From the NCBI GenBank assembly GCA_028826165.1, contig JAPDFW010000103.1:620001-684000 (forward strand): 64,000 nucleotides of DNA, in the 5' to 3' direction. The stretch comes from Anaeramoeba ignava BMAN (Eukaryota > Protista > Anaeramoebae). A program made the position numbers and the translations under genes. Of this stretch, positions 47,614 through 60,300 are shown piece by piece (position 1 is the first letter of the stretch; each line of letters begins with the position of its first letter). The notes beneath the pieces were generated by a model. The model had not been told where the DNA came from. It ran no database searches and saw only the letters and a program-made list of their open reading frames with translations.

Positions 47614-49398
47614 TTAATTTTTATTTTGATTATTAAATTTATTAATTAATAAATCAAATAAATTTGGATTTGTTTGATTTAATTGAAAATAATCAATTCC
47701 ATTTTGAATTTCTTCAATGATTTCTTGTGTAATTTGAATTCCATTTTTAATTTGATTTGAATAAATCCAATATTCAAATATTTGGAATGATTTATTACTT
47801 AATTCACTATAATCTGTAACTTTATTAGAAGTATCATTTATTACAGATAAAAACATTCCTCGATATAATTCACTTCTCATTATTAATATTAATTTTGGAA
47901 ATTTATATTGTTTTTCTTTTCTTTCAATTATAAAATCTTTTTCATTTAAATAAATTCTTTTCATTGTTTCTTCAATTTTTTCATTGGAATTTATAATTTC
48001 TTTAATTTCAGAATATAATTTTGGATTTATTTTTCTATTTGAATAAATCATTTCAAATATTTGATTTGATTCTTTAATTGATTTTTTTGAAATAATTTCT
48101 TGAAGTTTTTCAATTTCATTTTGATTTAATCTATATTCCAATATTAATTTATGAGCTTCAATTATTTCTCCATTTTCGGTTTTAAATGAAATATCACAAA
48201 ATTCTTTTCTTTCAAATAATTTTATCAAATCTTCTTCAAGATTGGAAAAAGAAAGAGGAGAATAATAAAGAAATGAAGTGAAAGCACTACAATAAACATG
48301 ATAATTAGAAATATTTTCATTAAATCTTAATTTAGGAAGTTCAATTTGAATTGGAACTAATTGATATTCTTCTTCATCTTCTCGAATTAAAATACCTAAT
48401 TGATTATAATGGTTATTTCCAAATCCTATCAATTTTGAATTGTATGTTAAAATCAAATTATGAGAATGACCAACAGAAAAATCAAGAATATTATCATCAT
48501 CATTTTCAAATAAAGATGATTTGATTTCAGTAAATTCATAAGTATTTTTATCTTTGCCAAGTCCATTATATGTATAATCTCCACATGAATAAAGTTTTCT
48601 TTTTGGATTTTGATTTTGATTTTGATTTTGATTTTCAATCAACATTATTGAATGCCAATATCCACATTGAATATCAATTATTTTACCTTTTGGAATATTT
48701 TGGATTTTGGTTAATTTTTGGATTTGTTCTTCTTCTTTTCTTGATTCTCCTAATCCAAGTTGACCCTGATCATTATTTCCGCATCCAAATAATTCTTGAT
48801 TTGAATTTAAAAGAAAAAAATGATTTGAAGAATTTCCTGAAAATATTTTAGAAACATTTTTCATCATTAAAATTGGTTTTTCTGTTTCTGGAAGTGTTTC
48901 AGAATCAAAACCAATTTGACCATAATCATTTGAACCAATTCCATAAACATTTTGATTTGAAGTTAATAAGTAAATTGAAGAAACACCAGAAACAATATCT
49001 TGAATTATTCTATCATTTTTATCTTCAATTAATAATGAAATATTGATAAATTCTTTTGGATTTTTTGAATTAATATTGTATCCTTTGGCAAATACATTTC
49101 CTTCTTTTGTTAAAATAGCTTCATCGTAACCACCAACAGTTACTTTTTGAATATTTTCAATTTGGATTTTTAGAGGATTTTGATTTGAATCTTTTAAATA
49201 TTCTATTGCTTTTCCATTTTCAAAAAGGAAAATTGTTGAAAAATAACCTGTTGAAATTTGTTTAATTTGTTTTTCATTTTCATTTTCATTTTCATTTTCA
49301 TTTTCAAATTTAAATTGAATTGGTTTTATTATTCTCATTGATTCATTTTTGATAAGAATTGGATCATGATTTGAACCAAAAAATAAAATTTCATTCAT
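47614..49398 (-). CDS. RCC1-repeat + tandem BTB protein, copy 5 (intact, 594 aa)
   Basis: Uninterrupted ORF. Confidence 0.9.
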   Translation of the reverse strand: MNEILFFGSNHDPILIKNESMRIIKPIQFKFENENENENENEKQIKQISTGYFSTIFLFENGKAIEYLKDSNQNPLKIQIENIQKVTVGGYDEAILTKEGNVFAKGYNINSKNPKEFINISLLIEDKNDRIIQDIVSGVSSIYLLTSNQNVYGIGSNDYGQIGFDSETLPETEKPILMMKNVSKIFSGNSSNHFFLLNSNQELFGCGNNDQGQLGLGESRKEEEQIQKLTKIQNIPKGKIIDIQCGYWHSIMLIENQNQNQNQNPKRKLYSCGDYTYNGLGKDKNTYEFTEIKSSLFENDDDNILDFSVGHSHNLILTYNSKLIGFGNNHYNQLGILIREDEEEYQLVPIQIELPKLRFNENISNYHVYCSAFTSFLYYSPLSFSNLEEDLIKLFERKEFCDISFKTENGEIIEAHKLILEYRLNQNEIEKLQEIISKKSIKESNQIFEMIYSNRKINPKLYSEIKEIINSNEKIEETMKRIYLNEKDFIIERKEKQYKFPKLILIMRSELYRGMFLSVINDTSNKVTDYSELSNKSFQIFEYWIYSNQIKNGIQITQEIIEEIQNGIDYFQLNQTNPNLFDLLINKFNNQNKN

Positions 49399-49460
49399 TT
49401 TTGAAAGAAAAAAATGAAAAAATAATTTTTAATTTTGATTTTAATTTTAATTTTGGATCA

Positions 49461-51294
49461 TTAAAAAATTAAACAATTTTCTTTCTTTTTTTCGTTTTGA
49501 ATTGTTTCTTTCTTATTGTTTTTATTTTGATTATTAAATTTGTTAATTAATAAATCAAATAAATTTGGATTTGTTTGATTTAATTGAAAATAATCAATTC
49601 CTATTTGAATTTCATCAATTATTTCTTGTGTAATTTGAATTTCTTCTTTAATTTGATTTGAATAAATCCAATATTCAAATATTTGAAATGATTTATTACT
49701 TAATTCACTATAATCTGTAACTTTATTTGAAGTATCATTTATTACAGATAAAAACATTCCTCGATATAATTCACTTCTCATTATTAATATTAATTTAGGA
49801 AATTTATATTGTTTTTCTTTTCTTTCAATTATAAAATCTTTTTCTTTTTCATTTAAATAAATTCTTTTCATTGTTTCTTCAATTTTTTCATTAGAATTTA
49901 TAATTTCTTTAATTTCATAATATAATTTTGGATTTATTTTTCTGTTTGAATAAATCATTTCAAATATTTGATTTGATTCTTTAATTGATTTATTTGAAAT
50001 AATTTCTTGAAGTTTTTCAATTTGATTTTCATTTTGATTTAATCTATATTTCAATATTAATTTATGAGCTTTGATTATTTCTCCATTTTTGGTTTTAAAT
50101 GAAATATCACAAAATTCTTTTCTTTCAAATAATTTTATCAAATCTTCTTCAAGATTGGAAAAAGAAGAAGAAGAATAATAATAAAGAAATGATCTGGAAT
50201 CTCCACAAGAAATATGATAATTGAAAATATCTTCTTTAAATCTTAATTTAGGAAGTTCAATTTGAATTGGAGTTGATTTATTTTCTATATTTCCAGTTCC
50301 TAATTCACCAGAATAATTATCTCCAAATCCTATTAACTTATTATTGGAAGTTAAAATCAAATTATGAAAATTTCCAACAGAAAAATCAAGAATATTATCA
50401 TCATCATTTTCAAATAAAGATGATTTGATTTCAGTAAATTCATAAGTATTTTCATCTTTGCCAAGTCCATTATATGTATAATCTCCACATGAATAAAATT
50501 TTCTTTTTGGATTTTGATTTTGATTTTGATTTTGATTTTCAATCAACATTATTGAATAACCATTTCCACATTGAATATCAATTATTTTACCTTTTGGAAT
50601 ATTTTGTATTTTGGTTAATTTTTTGATTATTGTTTCTTTTCTTGATTCTCCTAATCCAAGTTGGCCATAATGATTATATCCACATGTAAATAATTCTTGA
50701 TTTGAATTTAAAAGAAAAACATAATTTGAAGAATTTCCTGAAAATATTTTAGAAACATTTTTCATCATTAAAATTGGTTTTTCTTTTTTTAAGTGTTTTA
50801 GAATCAAAACCAAGTTGACCATAACGATTTGAACCAATTCCATAAACATTTTGATTTGAAGTTAATAAGTAAATTGAAGTTCTTCCAGAAACAATATCTT
50901 GAATTATTCTATCATTTGTATCTTCAATTAATGATGAAATATTGATAAATTCATTTGGATTTTTTGAATTAATATTATTTCCTTTGGCAAATACATTTCC
51001 TTCTTTTGTTAAAATAGCTTCATTTAGATAACCAACAGTTACTTTTTGAATATTTTCAATTTGGATTTTTTGAATATTTTCATTTAAATATTCTATTGCT
51101 TTTCCATTTTCAAAAAGGAAAATTGTTGAAGATTCGCCTGTTGAAATTTGTTTAATTTGTTTTTCATTTTCATTTTCATTTTCATTTTCATTTTCATTTT
51201 CAAATTTAAATTGAATTGGTTTTATTATTTTATTTGATTTATTTTTTAAAAGAATTGGTTTTTGATTTGAACCAAAAAATAAAATTTCATTCAT
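49461..51294 (-). pseudogene. RCC1-repeat + BTB, copy 6; frameshift near 50785; extended C-terminus ending in CaaX (CLIF)
   Basis: Two overlapping ORFs. aaaaaaagaaaaacc versus aaaaaaacagaaaaacc in paralogues. Tail is NEKKKENCLIF*. Confidence 0.8.
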
Positions 51295-51341
51295 TTTTGA
51301 AAAAGAAAAAAATGAAAAAAATAAAAAAATTAATTTCGTTC

Positions 51342-54300
51342 TTATTTTTGAAATGTTTTTAAATTCCTTTCAAAATATTTAAATGCTCCAATGCAAAATT
51401 TTAATTTGATTGATTCTGGAAAATTCTTTTCAATTTGTTCATTTAATTGTTCATTTTCTGGTTCAATTTGAATTAAAAATTTTTTAATTTTTTCATTTTC
51501 ATCCAAATTATCTTTTAAAAATGTTGAAATAAATTCTTTCCAAATTCTTTCTAATTCCAAAATTTCATTTTTTGAAAATGAAGAAAATAAATTTGTCATT
51601 TCTTGTTGATAAATTGATAAAATTTTTTTCTTGAATTTTTTTGAAATATTTGGAAAAGGATCAATAAAATATTCTTCGAATTTTTGAGAATAAATTGAAT
51701 ATGTTTAATTTTTACTAAAGATTTAAAATTTGGTGAACTTTTAGAAATTTCTTCAATTTCATGATTTTGTAAATCATTCAAAACATAATCATAAACAGTT
51801 TTTTCAAATAATTCATCTGTAACATTTTTTGGATCAATTTTTTGAATTCCTTGCCAAATTTGTTTTACTAACTCTTGGCAATTCTTTATTTGAGAATGTT
51901 TTTCTAAATCATTTAAAATTTGTTCCCATTCGTTAATTGCTAATTTTTCATCTTTAAATTCTAATTTTGGAATTTGATATTGTTCAATAATTGTTTCTGG
52001 ATTTGAATAAATAAATTGGTTAATCTGGTTAATCTCCAAATCTCTGAAATTTGTTAAATTCATTTTGATTTGAGAATTGATCTTAAATTCCAATATTCTG
52101 AGGAAATATTTATCAATAAATTGATTTTTGAATTCTTTTTCAATTTTATCTGGATCAATATCTAAAATAGAAATTCCATTAAATTTTTCTATTGAAATTG
52201 GGAAAGAAATTAAAAATGGTTTTTCTTGATGATTCCATTCATGATTATTTTGTTGTATTTCTTTTAATTCTTTCATTTTTTTAATCATTTCATTATTTAA
52301 TCTTATAGAATGATTTATCATCATTTCAATAAATAAGTGATTTGGTTCATTTCCTGGTAAACAATAATCAATAATCTGATTTTCATTCATTTTTATATCT
52401 TCAAATTCTTGAGGTAATGATTCTTTTACTATTAAATATTTAATTTCTTTCAAACATAAATTCCAAAACTTTTCAAAATCTTGATAAATTTTTTGGAGAT
52501 TTGTTTTTGAATCCAAATCATTTTCTTGGTTTAAAAATTCATTGATTTTCATAATTTTTGTTTCTTCTTTTCTAATTTTACCATTTAATTCATTGAAAAT
52601 AATACTTGAAAATGTAAGAAATTTTGGGAATAATTTTAGAATTTTTAGCTTATTGGAATTTTCAATTATGAAATGAATAATTGATTTTCTTCTTTCTTCT
52701 GGATTTTTGGAAATCATTAAATCAATAATCTCAAAAATTTCATTTCTCTCAAAAGAAATAAACATCCATTTCTTTTCTGATGAACTCTTCTTAATTTCTT
52801 GAATAAGTTCATTTTTTTCAATTTGCTCAGAAAAAATAGATTCAAGAATTTTTTGATTATTTTTTTGATAAATATCTTCCACTATTTTTTCAAATGAATT
52901 TCTTCCTTCAATATTTTTAAAATCTATAACGCTTTGTTTTTGTGATTTAAACTTGGATCGGAAATTTGATAATATTTGATAATAATAAATAAGTGATTCT
53001 TCTTTTGAAAACTTTAATAATTTTGTGAATATTTCAAAATCATTTTCTATGTGTTCTAAAAATGAATTAATTAAATCATCTTGATTTTTTGATTGAAAAA
53101 AAAGATCATTCAATATTGAAATGAAATTTTTTGATGCTTTTTCAGAAATGATAATAAAGGGTAAAAAGAAACAATGAATAGCCAATCTAATAAATCTGAA
53201 AATTATTGGATTTAACTCTCGAATTGAATAAAGTGGATTTGTATTTGGATATTTGCTGAAAGTGTAAGAAAATGGTTTTTTGAAAAAGCTTTTCTTAATT
53301 CCATCATTTTTTATTATTCTTGAATCACAAATCCTGCATTTCATTAACTTTTCTTCATTTGGCTTGTTGATAATATTAATGTGATTATTCTCACAAATAA
53401 ATATCTTGTTGAGATTTTTGATTAAATCTTCTGGAAATGTAGCTTTTGGTGTTGTTGGCCAATGTATTTCCCTCATTTCTTCAATTTTTTCTTTTTCTGT
53501 ATTTCCAGTTTCAAGAATAAATTTTAATAAAGAATAAAAAGGTTCTAAATTAATTTTAAGAAAAATTTCTGTTGTTGAAAGAATCATATGAATAATTTCT
53601 TTTGATTTAACTTTTTTATCAATCATCCCCAAGTTTTGAGCTATCATCTGAATTTCTTCTGAACTTTCTTCAACAATTTCATCGGGAATATTTGTTAAAT
53701 AATTATTTTTAATCCAAAAATTTAAAACAGTAGATTTCTTGAATAAGTTATTTGATAATCTTTTTGAATTAGAATAAGATTTGATTAGATTTTTTGCTAA
53801 ATCATTTTTTTTTAATTTTCCATTTTGAATAAAATTATTAAGTTTTTCTTTTCCATCATTTCTGTAAATATATTCTAATAAAAACAAAATCCAATCTTTT
53901 CCTTTATTTTCAAAATTAAAGTGTCTAAATTTTTGAAGGAGAATTTCTGGTTGTTTTTTCAATTCTTTTCTTAATTTTATAATTTCAACAATTTTTTTTA
54001 AATTAAAAGGTTTTTGAATAATTTTAATTGCTGGATCTTGTTTAACTTTCATTTCTTTTTCTTTTTCTTTTTCATTTTCATTTTTCATTTTCATTTTCAT
54101 TTTCATTTTCACTATCACTATTACTTTCACTATTACTTTTACTTTCAATTTCTTTTTCAGAATCTGAATGTGAATCTGAAGGTGAATCTGCATCTGCATC
54201 TGAATCTGAATCTGAATTTGATTTGGAGTTATTTTTTTGATTTTCATTATTTTCATCATTTTCATCACTTTCATCACTTTCATTATTTTCATCATTTTCA

Positions 54301-57300
54301 TTATTATCATTATTATTATTATTATTTTTATCTTCAATATCAATATCAATATCAATATCAATATCAATCTTATTATTTTCCACAAATTCACAAACTTTCT
54401 CAAATAATTTTTCATTTTCTTCAAAAATTTTTAAAGTATTAATTGAAACCCAATTATAAATATTATCATAAATTGTTTTTTCATCACATTTTTTTATCAT
54501 TCCATTTATAACTTGAAATATTTCATTATAATATCTTTCATTTAATTCTTCTTCTTTAAATAAATTTTCAAAAAATGTTCCTAAAACTGTATTGTAAATT
54601 AATTCTTTTTTCATTTTTAATCCACACAAAAAACTATTTTCTAAATCTCCAACAATAAATTGCAAAAATTCTTCAACTTCTTCTCCAATTTTTTCATTTT
54701 CATTTTTAATTCCTAAAAATTTGAATTTGAAAATTATTCTTTCAATAATAATTTTACTGAAATATTCCATGAATAATGTGAAATAACGAATTAATTTCTC
54801 AATTTTTGATTTATTCTTTTCAATTATTTTTTCTTTTGTAAAATTTATAAAATGCGTTTTAAATTCAGAAACTTTTTGAGAGCAAATTGGGCATTCATAT
54901 TTTTTATTATTTTGTGTGCTTCTTTGAATTCTTCTTTGAATATTTTTTGTATCCTTTTTTGAAATAATTCTTTCCTTAATTTTTTTATTTTGTTTTGTAT
55001 TTGAACAAATTGTGATTTCTTCTTGAGAATTGAATAATATTTCTTCCATTTCTTCAAATCCATTAAAATTAGTTTCAATCCATTTTTTACTTTTTCTCCA
55101 AATTTTATTTTTTGTTAAATCTAATATTGGAGTAAATACTGATTTAATAAATTCTTCATATTTCAATTTTTTTGGATAAATAAACAAATCTTTATTTTCT
55201 TTGATTATTTTCCTAACAGTTTTTTTTGTTCTGAAATGAAGTAAAAGTTTAATTGTTTGTTTTTTAAGAATAATAAGATGCCAAATATTAACAAATTTCT
55301 TAATTTGTTTTTGATTTTCTTTTTCATTTTGGAATTTTTGTTCTTTTTGAAGTATTTTAATCAAATTAGAGAAATTCATTGCAAAAAGAATAATTGAATT
55401 TTCATTTTCATTTTCATTTTGATTTTCATTTTGATTTTCATTTTCATCTTCTTCAAAGTTTAAATTTGAAAATAATTTTAAACAATAATCAATAAAATGA
55501 TAAATTGAAAAACCGTTTCCTATGAAATTTTGAGGATTTCTAAAATCTTCACTAATCATCTCCATTTGATTCCAAATTGAAAATATCATACTTAATTCTT
55601 TTTGAACAATTCCAAAATAAATTTGATGGATTTTAATCAAAAAGTTTTCTTGTTCTTGTTCTTGTTTTTGTTTTGAATTATTCATTTCAATAAATTTAAC
55701 AAGATCAATATTCAATTTATCTATCATTTGATTTTGTTCTTGTGTTAAAGTAAATCTTCGAAAATCATTTATATATCTTGAAATTAAATTTTGATTTTCA
55801 GAACAATTTATATGAAAAGTTCTATTGAGTATTTCAATCAATCCTTTGTTTTCGACTTGATTAAATTTATTTTCTTGGATAATAGAATAAATATGATAAG
55901 AGAATGGGAATTCAGCATTTTGAAAATCATCTTCTGGAAATAAATTAATACATGGAAAATTTCCTGTTGTTATTATATCTTTCCAAAGTTGAGAAACATC
56001 CTTTTGTTTTGAACTCAAAAGAGATAAATTTCCATTTCGATTAACATTATTTAAAAACTTTCCAAATATTTGAATGATTTTTTCAATGAATTGATGATAA
56101 AGAAAGGAATTAAATGATTGATAATTTTCTTGTTCTTTCCATTTTTTTTCAATAAATTCCATTAAATCCCATTTATAAAGTTCAATTTTATATTTCACTC
56201 CTTCTCTTATCATTGAAATTAAAGAATCGTAAACAATTTCTTTAAAATCCTTTTGTTCTTGGATTAATTTTTTGAAATCATTCATTAAAGATTTGAATTT
56301 TAAGCTTGTAGTATCTAAAAATCTAGAAAATGATAATCCAATAATTTCATGAAGAATAAAATCTGAAATATTCTTTTTGTTTCTCTCAAAAACTAATTCA
56401 AGTTGATTTTTTGTTGTCGTTTCAATTTGATTATTATTATAATAATTAAATTCAATTTTTGGAGAAATTTCTTCAATATAATAATATTCCCAAAAATCTT
56501 CAAAACAAAATGAAAATTCTGTTGAATATGGATTTGGTGAAAGATGAATAATGAATATTACATAAAAATATTGTTCTCTTTGTTGAAGAAATTTGTTAAT
56601 TTCCAATTCAATCAAATATTTAGATTGATAAAAAATATGAGAAGAAATTTCATTTGGATTAAAATGAATAAGTAAAATATTTTTTCTCTCTTTCTTATTT
56701 TGGATTTGATTAAAGAATTTTTCTCGAACTTCTATTAATAATGATGAATCAGTTTCAAAATTAAGAAGATTAATTGAAAATAAATTATAATCTTCAGGTA
56801 TTGGAATTTTTTGGTAAATTGGTGAATGTGTAAAAACAATTGAGTTTAAAATTTTATCATGAACCAATTCATTTTGAAACAAATCAAGAAAATTTTGTTT
56901 ATGTAAATCAAAATAGGAACTGCATATTTGATTGATTTGAGATGATTCTATTGAGTTTTCATTGTTTTTCAATAAAATATTTTGCAATTCAACAATTTTA
57001 TCAACCTTACAAAGTCTAATCCAACAATCCATTCCAAATTTATCAAATTGGGATTTATCAAAATTATTGTTGTTGTTATTATTGTTGTTTCTTTTCATTT
57101 TGTTTTGAAGTTTAATTGCAAGTGTTGTGAATAAATTATCGTTATAATTTAAAATTAAATTATTCTTTCCAATTTTTTGTGAAGATAATTTTTTGACATT
57201 TTCCATAATTTTGTATTGTTTTTCTTCAAAATCTTTACAATATGAATTTTTGATAAAATCTTTTGGAATAAATAATTGTTTTTCAAATCGATTCAAAACA

Positions 57301-60300
57301 GCTGGTGATTCATTATCATAGGCTTCTGTTTTGACTAAAACAACAATAACTCGAAATTTTGGATCAATTTGAATTGAATCTGAATTATCTCCAAATGATA
57401 TTCTTGCAAATAATTTGTCTTCAATTTGAATATAATTCTGATTAAGAAGATCATATAAAGGCTCAAAAAGTTGATTGTTATTACATAGAACAATTGTTTC
57501 TCCTAATCTCACTCCAAATTCTACTTTTTTCAAATTTTGAATAATTCTAAGTGAGTTTCCATCTTCAGAAAAAGATGAGCCAAATAAAACAACATTTTTA
57601 GTTTTAATTTGTCTTAAAACAACATTGAAAAGTGAAAGGTTTTCAACAAGAATCATTAAATGTCTTGAAAATTTGTGGATTTCATCTTTAGAAAGTATGT
57701 ATTTTTTTTCTCCTTCTTTTGGAATTAAATATCCTTTCAAGTTTTGTTTAATTAATGATCTTGTTTTTGGGATTTGATTAGGTTTTTGTATTCCCAAAAT
57801 TTGACAAAGTTTGGTTTGTAATTTCTCAAGAAATTCAGGTTTTGATCCAAAATTTCGATAAATTGAATTCCATATTACTTGATTATCAAGATGACTTTTT
57901 TGAAATTTTGATGTTGATTTAGCAATCATTTTTAATAAATAATAAAAATCTCTTAATCCATAATAATTCCTAATTTTTGTATTTTGACTTGCATTTTGAT
58001 TTTGATTTCTTTGATTTTGATTTCTTCGATTTTGATTTCTTCGATTTTGATTTCTTTGATTTTGATTTCTTTGATTTTGATTTCTTCGGTTTTGATTTCT
58101 TTGGTTTTGATTTGGATTTTCATTTTGATTAGAAATTATTTCAAAATAAACTTTTGCTAATTTTTCAGGAAAATCATGAGATATTAATTTAAAAGATTTG
58201 AGTATCATTTCTGAAGTTAATTTAAGTTGTTTTAATGATGGATCAGGTCTTCTTAATAAAATTCCTCTGTTTATATTTGCTGGATCTAATCTCCAATTTG
58301 AAACTGCAAGAACAGAAACTTGTTTTTCAGAATCTTGATTTTGAGAATAATTTGTTTGTTCAAGTAGATGTTGTTTATCTGATTTTTCAAGTTCTGAATG
58401 TAAAACTTTTAAAGGTAAATCTGGACTTAATTCAGCTAATGCAACTTCATCCAAAATAACAACAGGAATAATATCTTTTTGATCAATTTTATTTGCAAAA
58501 TTTCTTGCTGAATCAAAAATATTTTTAATTCCTTTAGCTGTTGTAACAGGAGAACATTGAATATAAAAAGGTTGTAAAGCAGGAAGTCCTCTAACTCTAA
58601 TAAATTGATTTTCACTTCTTGGTCTTAAAATATGCATTAAAAGTTCAATAGAAAGTGATTTAGAAGAACCTTTTTAATTTTAATTTTAATTTTAATTTTA
58701 ATTTTAATTTTAATTTTAATTTTAATTTTAATTTTAATTTTAATTTTAATTTTAATTTTAATTTTAATTTAATTTTAATTTTAATTTTTGATTTTGATTT
58801 TAATTTTAATTTTAATTTTAATTTTAATTTTAATTTTAATTTTGATTTTAATTTTGATTTTAATTTTAATTTTGATTTTAATTTTGATTTTAATTTTGAT
58901 TTACCTGGTTTCCCAACAATAAACAATGGAATTTGAACATAACAACAAATGAATATCAATAACAAATTTTCTTTTAATGCTTCATTTATAGCAACTGTTC
59001 GATCATAAGTATTAATTTCAAGTGAATCAACTAAATTTGATTGAATATTTTCAATAATTTTTTTAATTTCAACTTTTTGAATATTATTTTCTCCTCTTGG
59101 AAAATTAACATATTTCTTCTGAATTTCTTTTAAAAAAATTGTTTTCCTTTCACCAACAAATCGAGTAGAATAACAAACAAATAATGATAATAAAATTGCA
59201 GAATAAACATAATAATCTCCTCTTGAATAAATTAAATATTGGCCTGCTTTATTTTCCAAAAGCCATTTAAAAATTCTTAAAGTTCTTGATGCATCTCTTA
59301 ATGAAACTGAACTTTCTGAATCTATTGAGTTATCTCTAATAAAATTATGAATAAAACATATAATGTCTGTAAAATTTAAACTTATTATTTCTCCTTGCTT
59401 TTCGTTCAAATTGTTTAATTGAATTTCATCTAATGTTTGTTTAACCATTTGTTCTATATATATTTTTTCAATTTCAGGTGTTAAACTTCCAAAGTCAAAA
59501 ATATCTTCCAAAAAAGAATCAGGAATAGGATGAACTCTATAAACCGCTTGTTGAATTTTTCTCATTTCTTCTTGTCTTTCTCCGTAATTGAAAACTAATC
59601 CTTCATTTTTGAGTAAATATTCATTATCATCTTCTTGATTTTGATTTTGATTTTGATTTTTAATTGATTCTCTTAATCTATATGGATTTGCAGCTGCTAA
59701 AAATCTGATGTTATTTGATATTGATCTTCCATTTATTAATCTATCAATCAATATTTCTTTGAATAAAATAATACAATCTTTTGGTGCTGTATTGAATTCA
59801 TCAAAGAAGATATTTACAACAATATTTTGATTCTCATTATTTTCATTATTTTGATTATTTTCATTTTGATTATTTTCATTTTGATTTTCATTTTGATTTT
59901 CATTTTGATTTTCATGATTTTCACAAAAATGTTCTGCTTGTTCAACAATTTCAATAATATCTTTTTGTTTAATTCCTCCATGAATATTTTTGATAAATAA
60001 TTTTTGTTCCATTACTTCTTCAACCAAATATTTAATCAATGCTGTTTTTCCACAACCAGTTTCTCCTAATAAAATAACAGGAATATTTGCAAATAATTTA
60101 TATTGAATATAAACCATCTTCATAAAATTATCTGAAGTTATAACATATCTTGATTTTTTTTCGGCTTTTTGTTTTAATTTTTCTGTATCAATTGGATTTA
60201 CATTCAAACCATTTAAAGTTTCAAAAACATATTCCTTTCCAATTTCAAGTTTTGTTTCACTGGATAATTTATCATGAAAATGGAAGTTATTACGTTGAAG

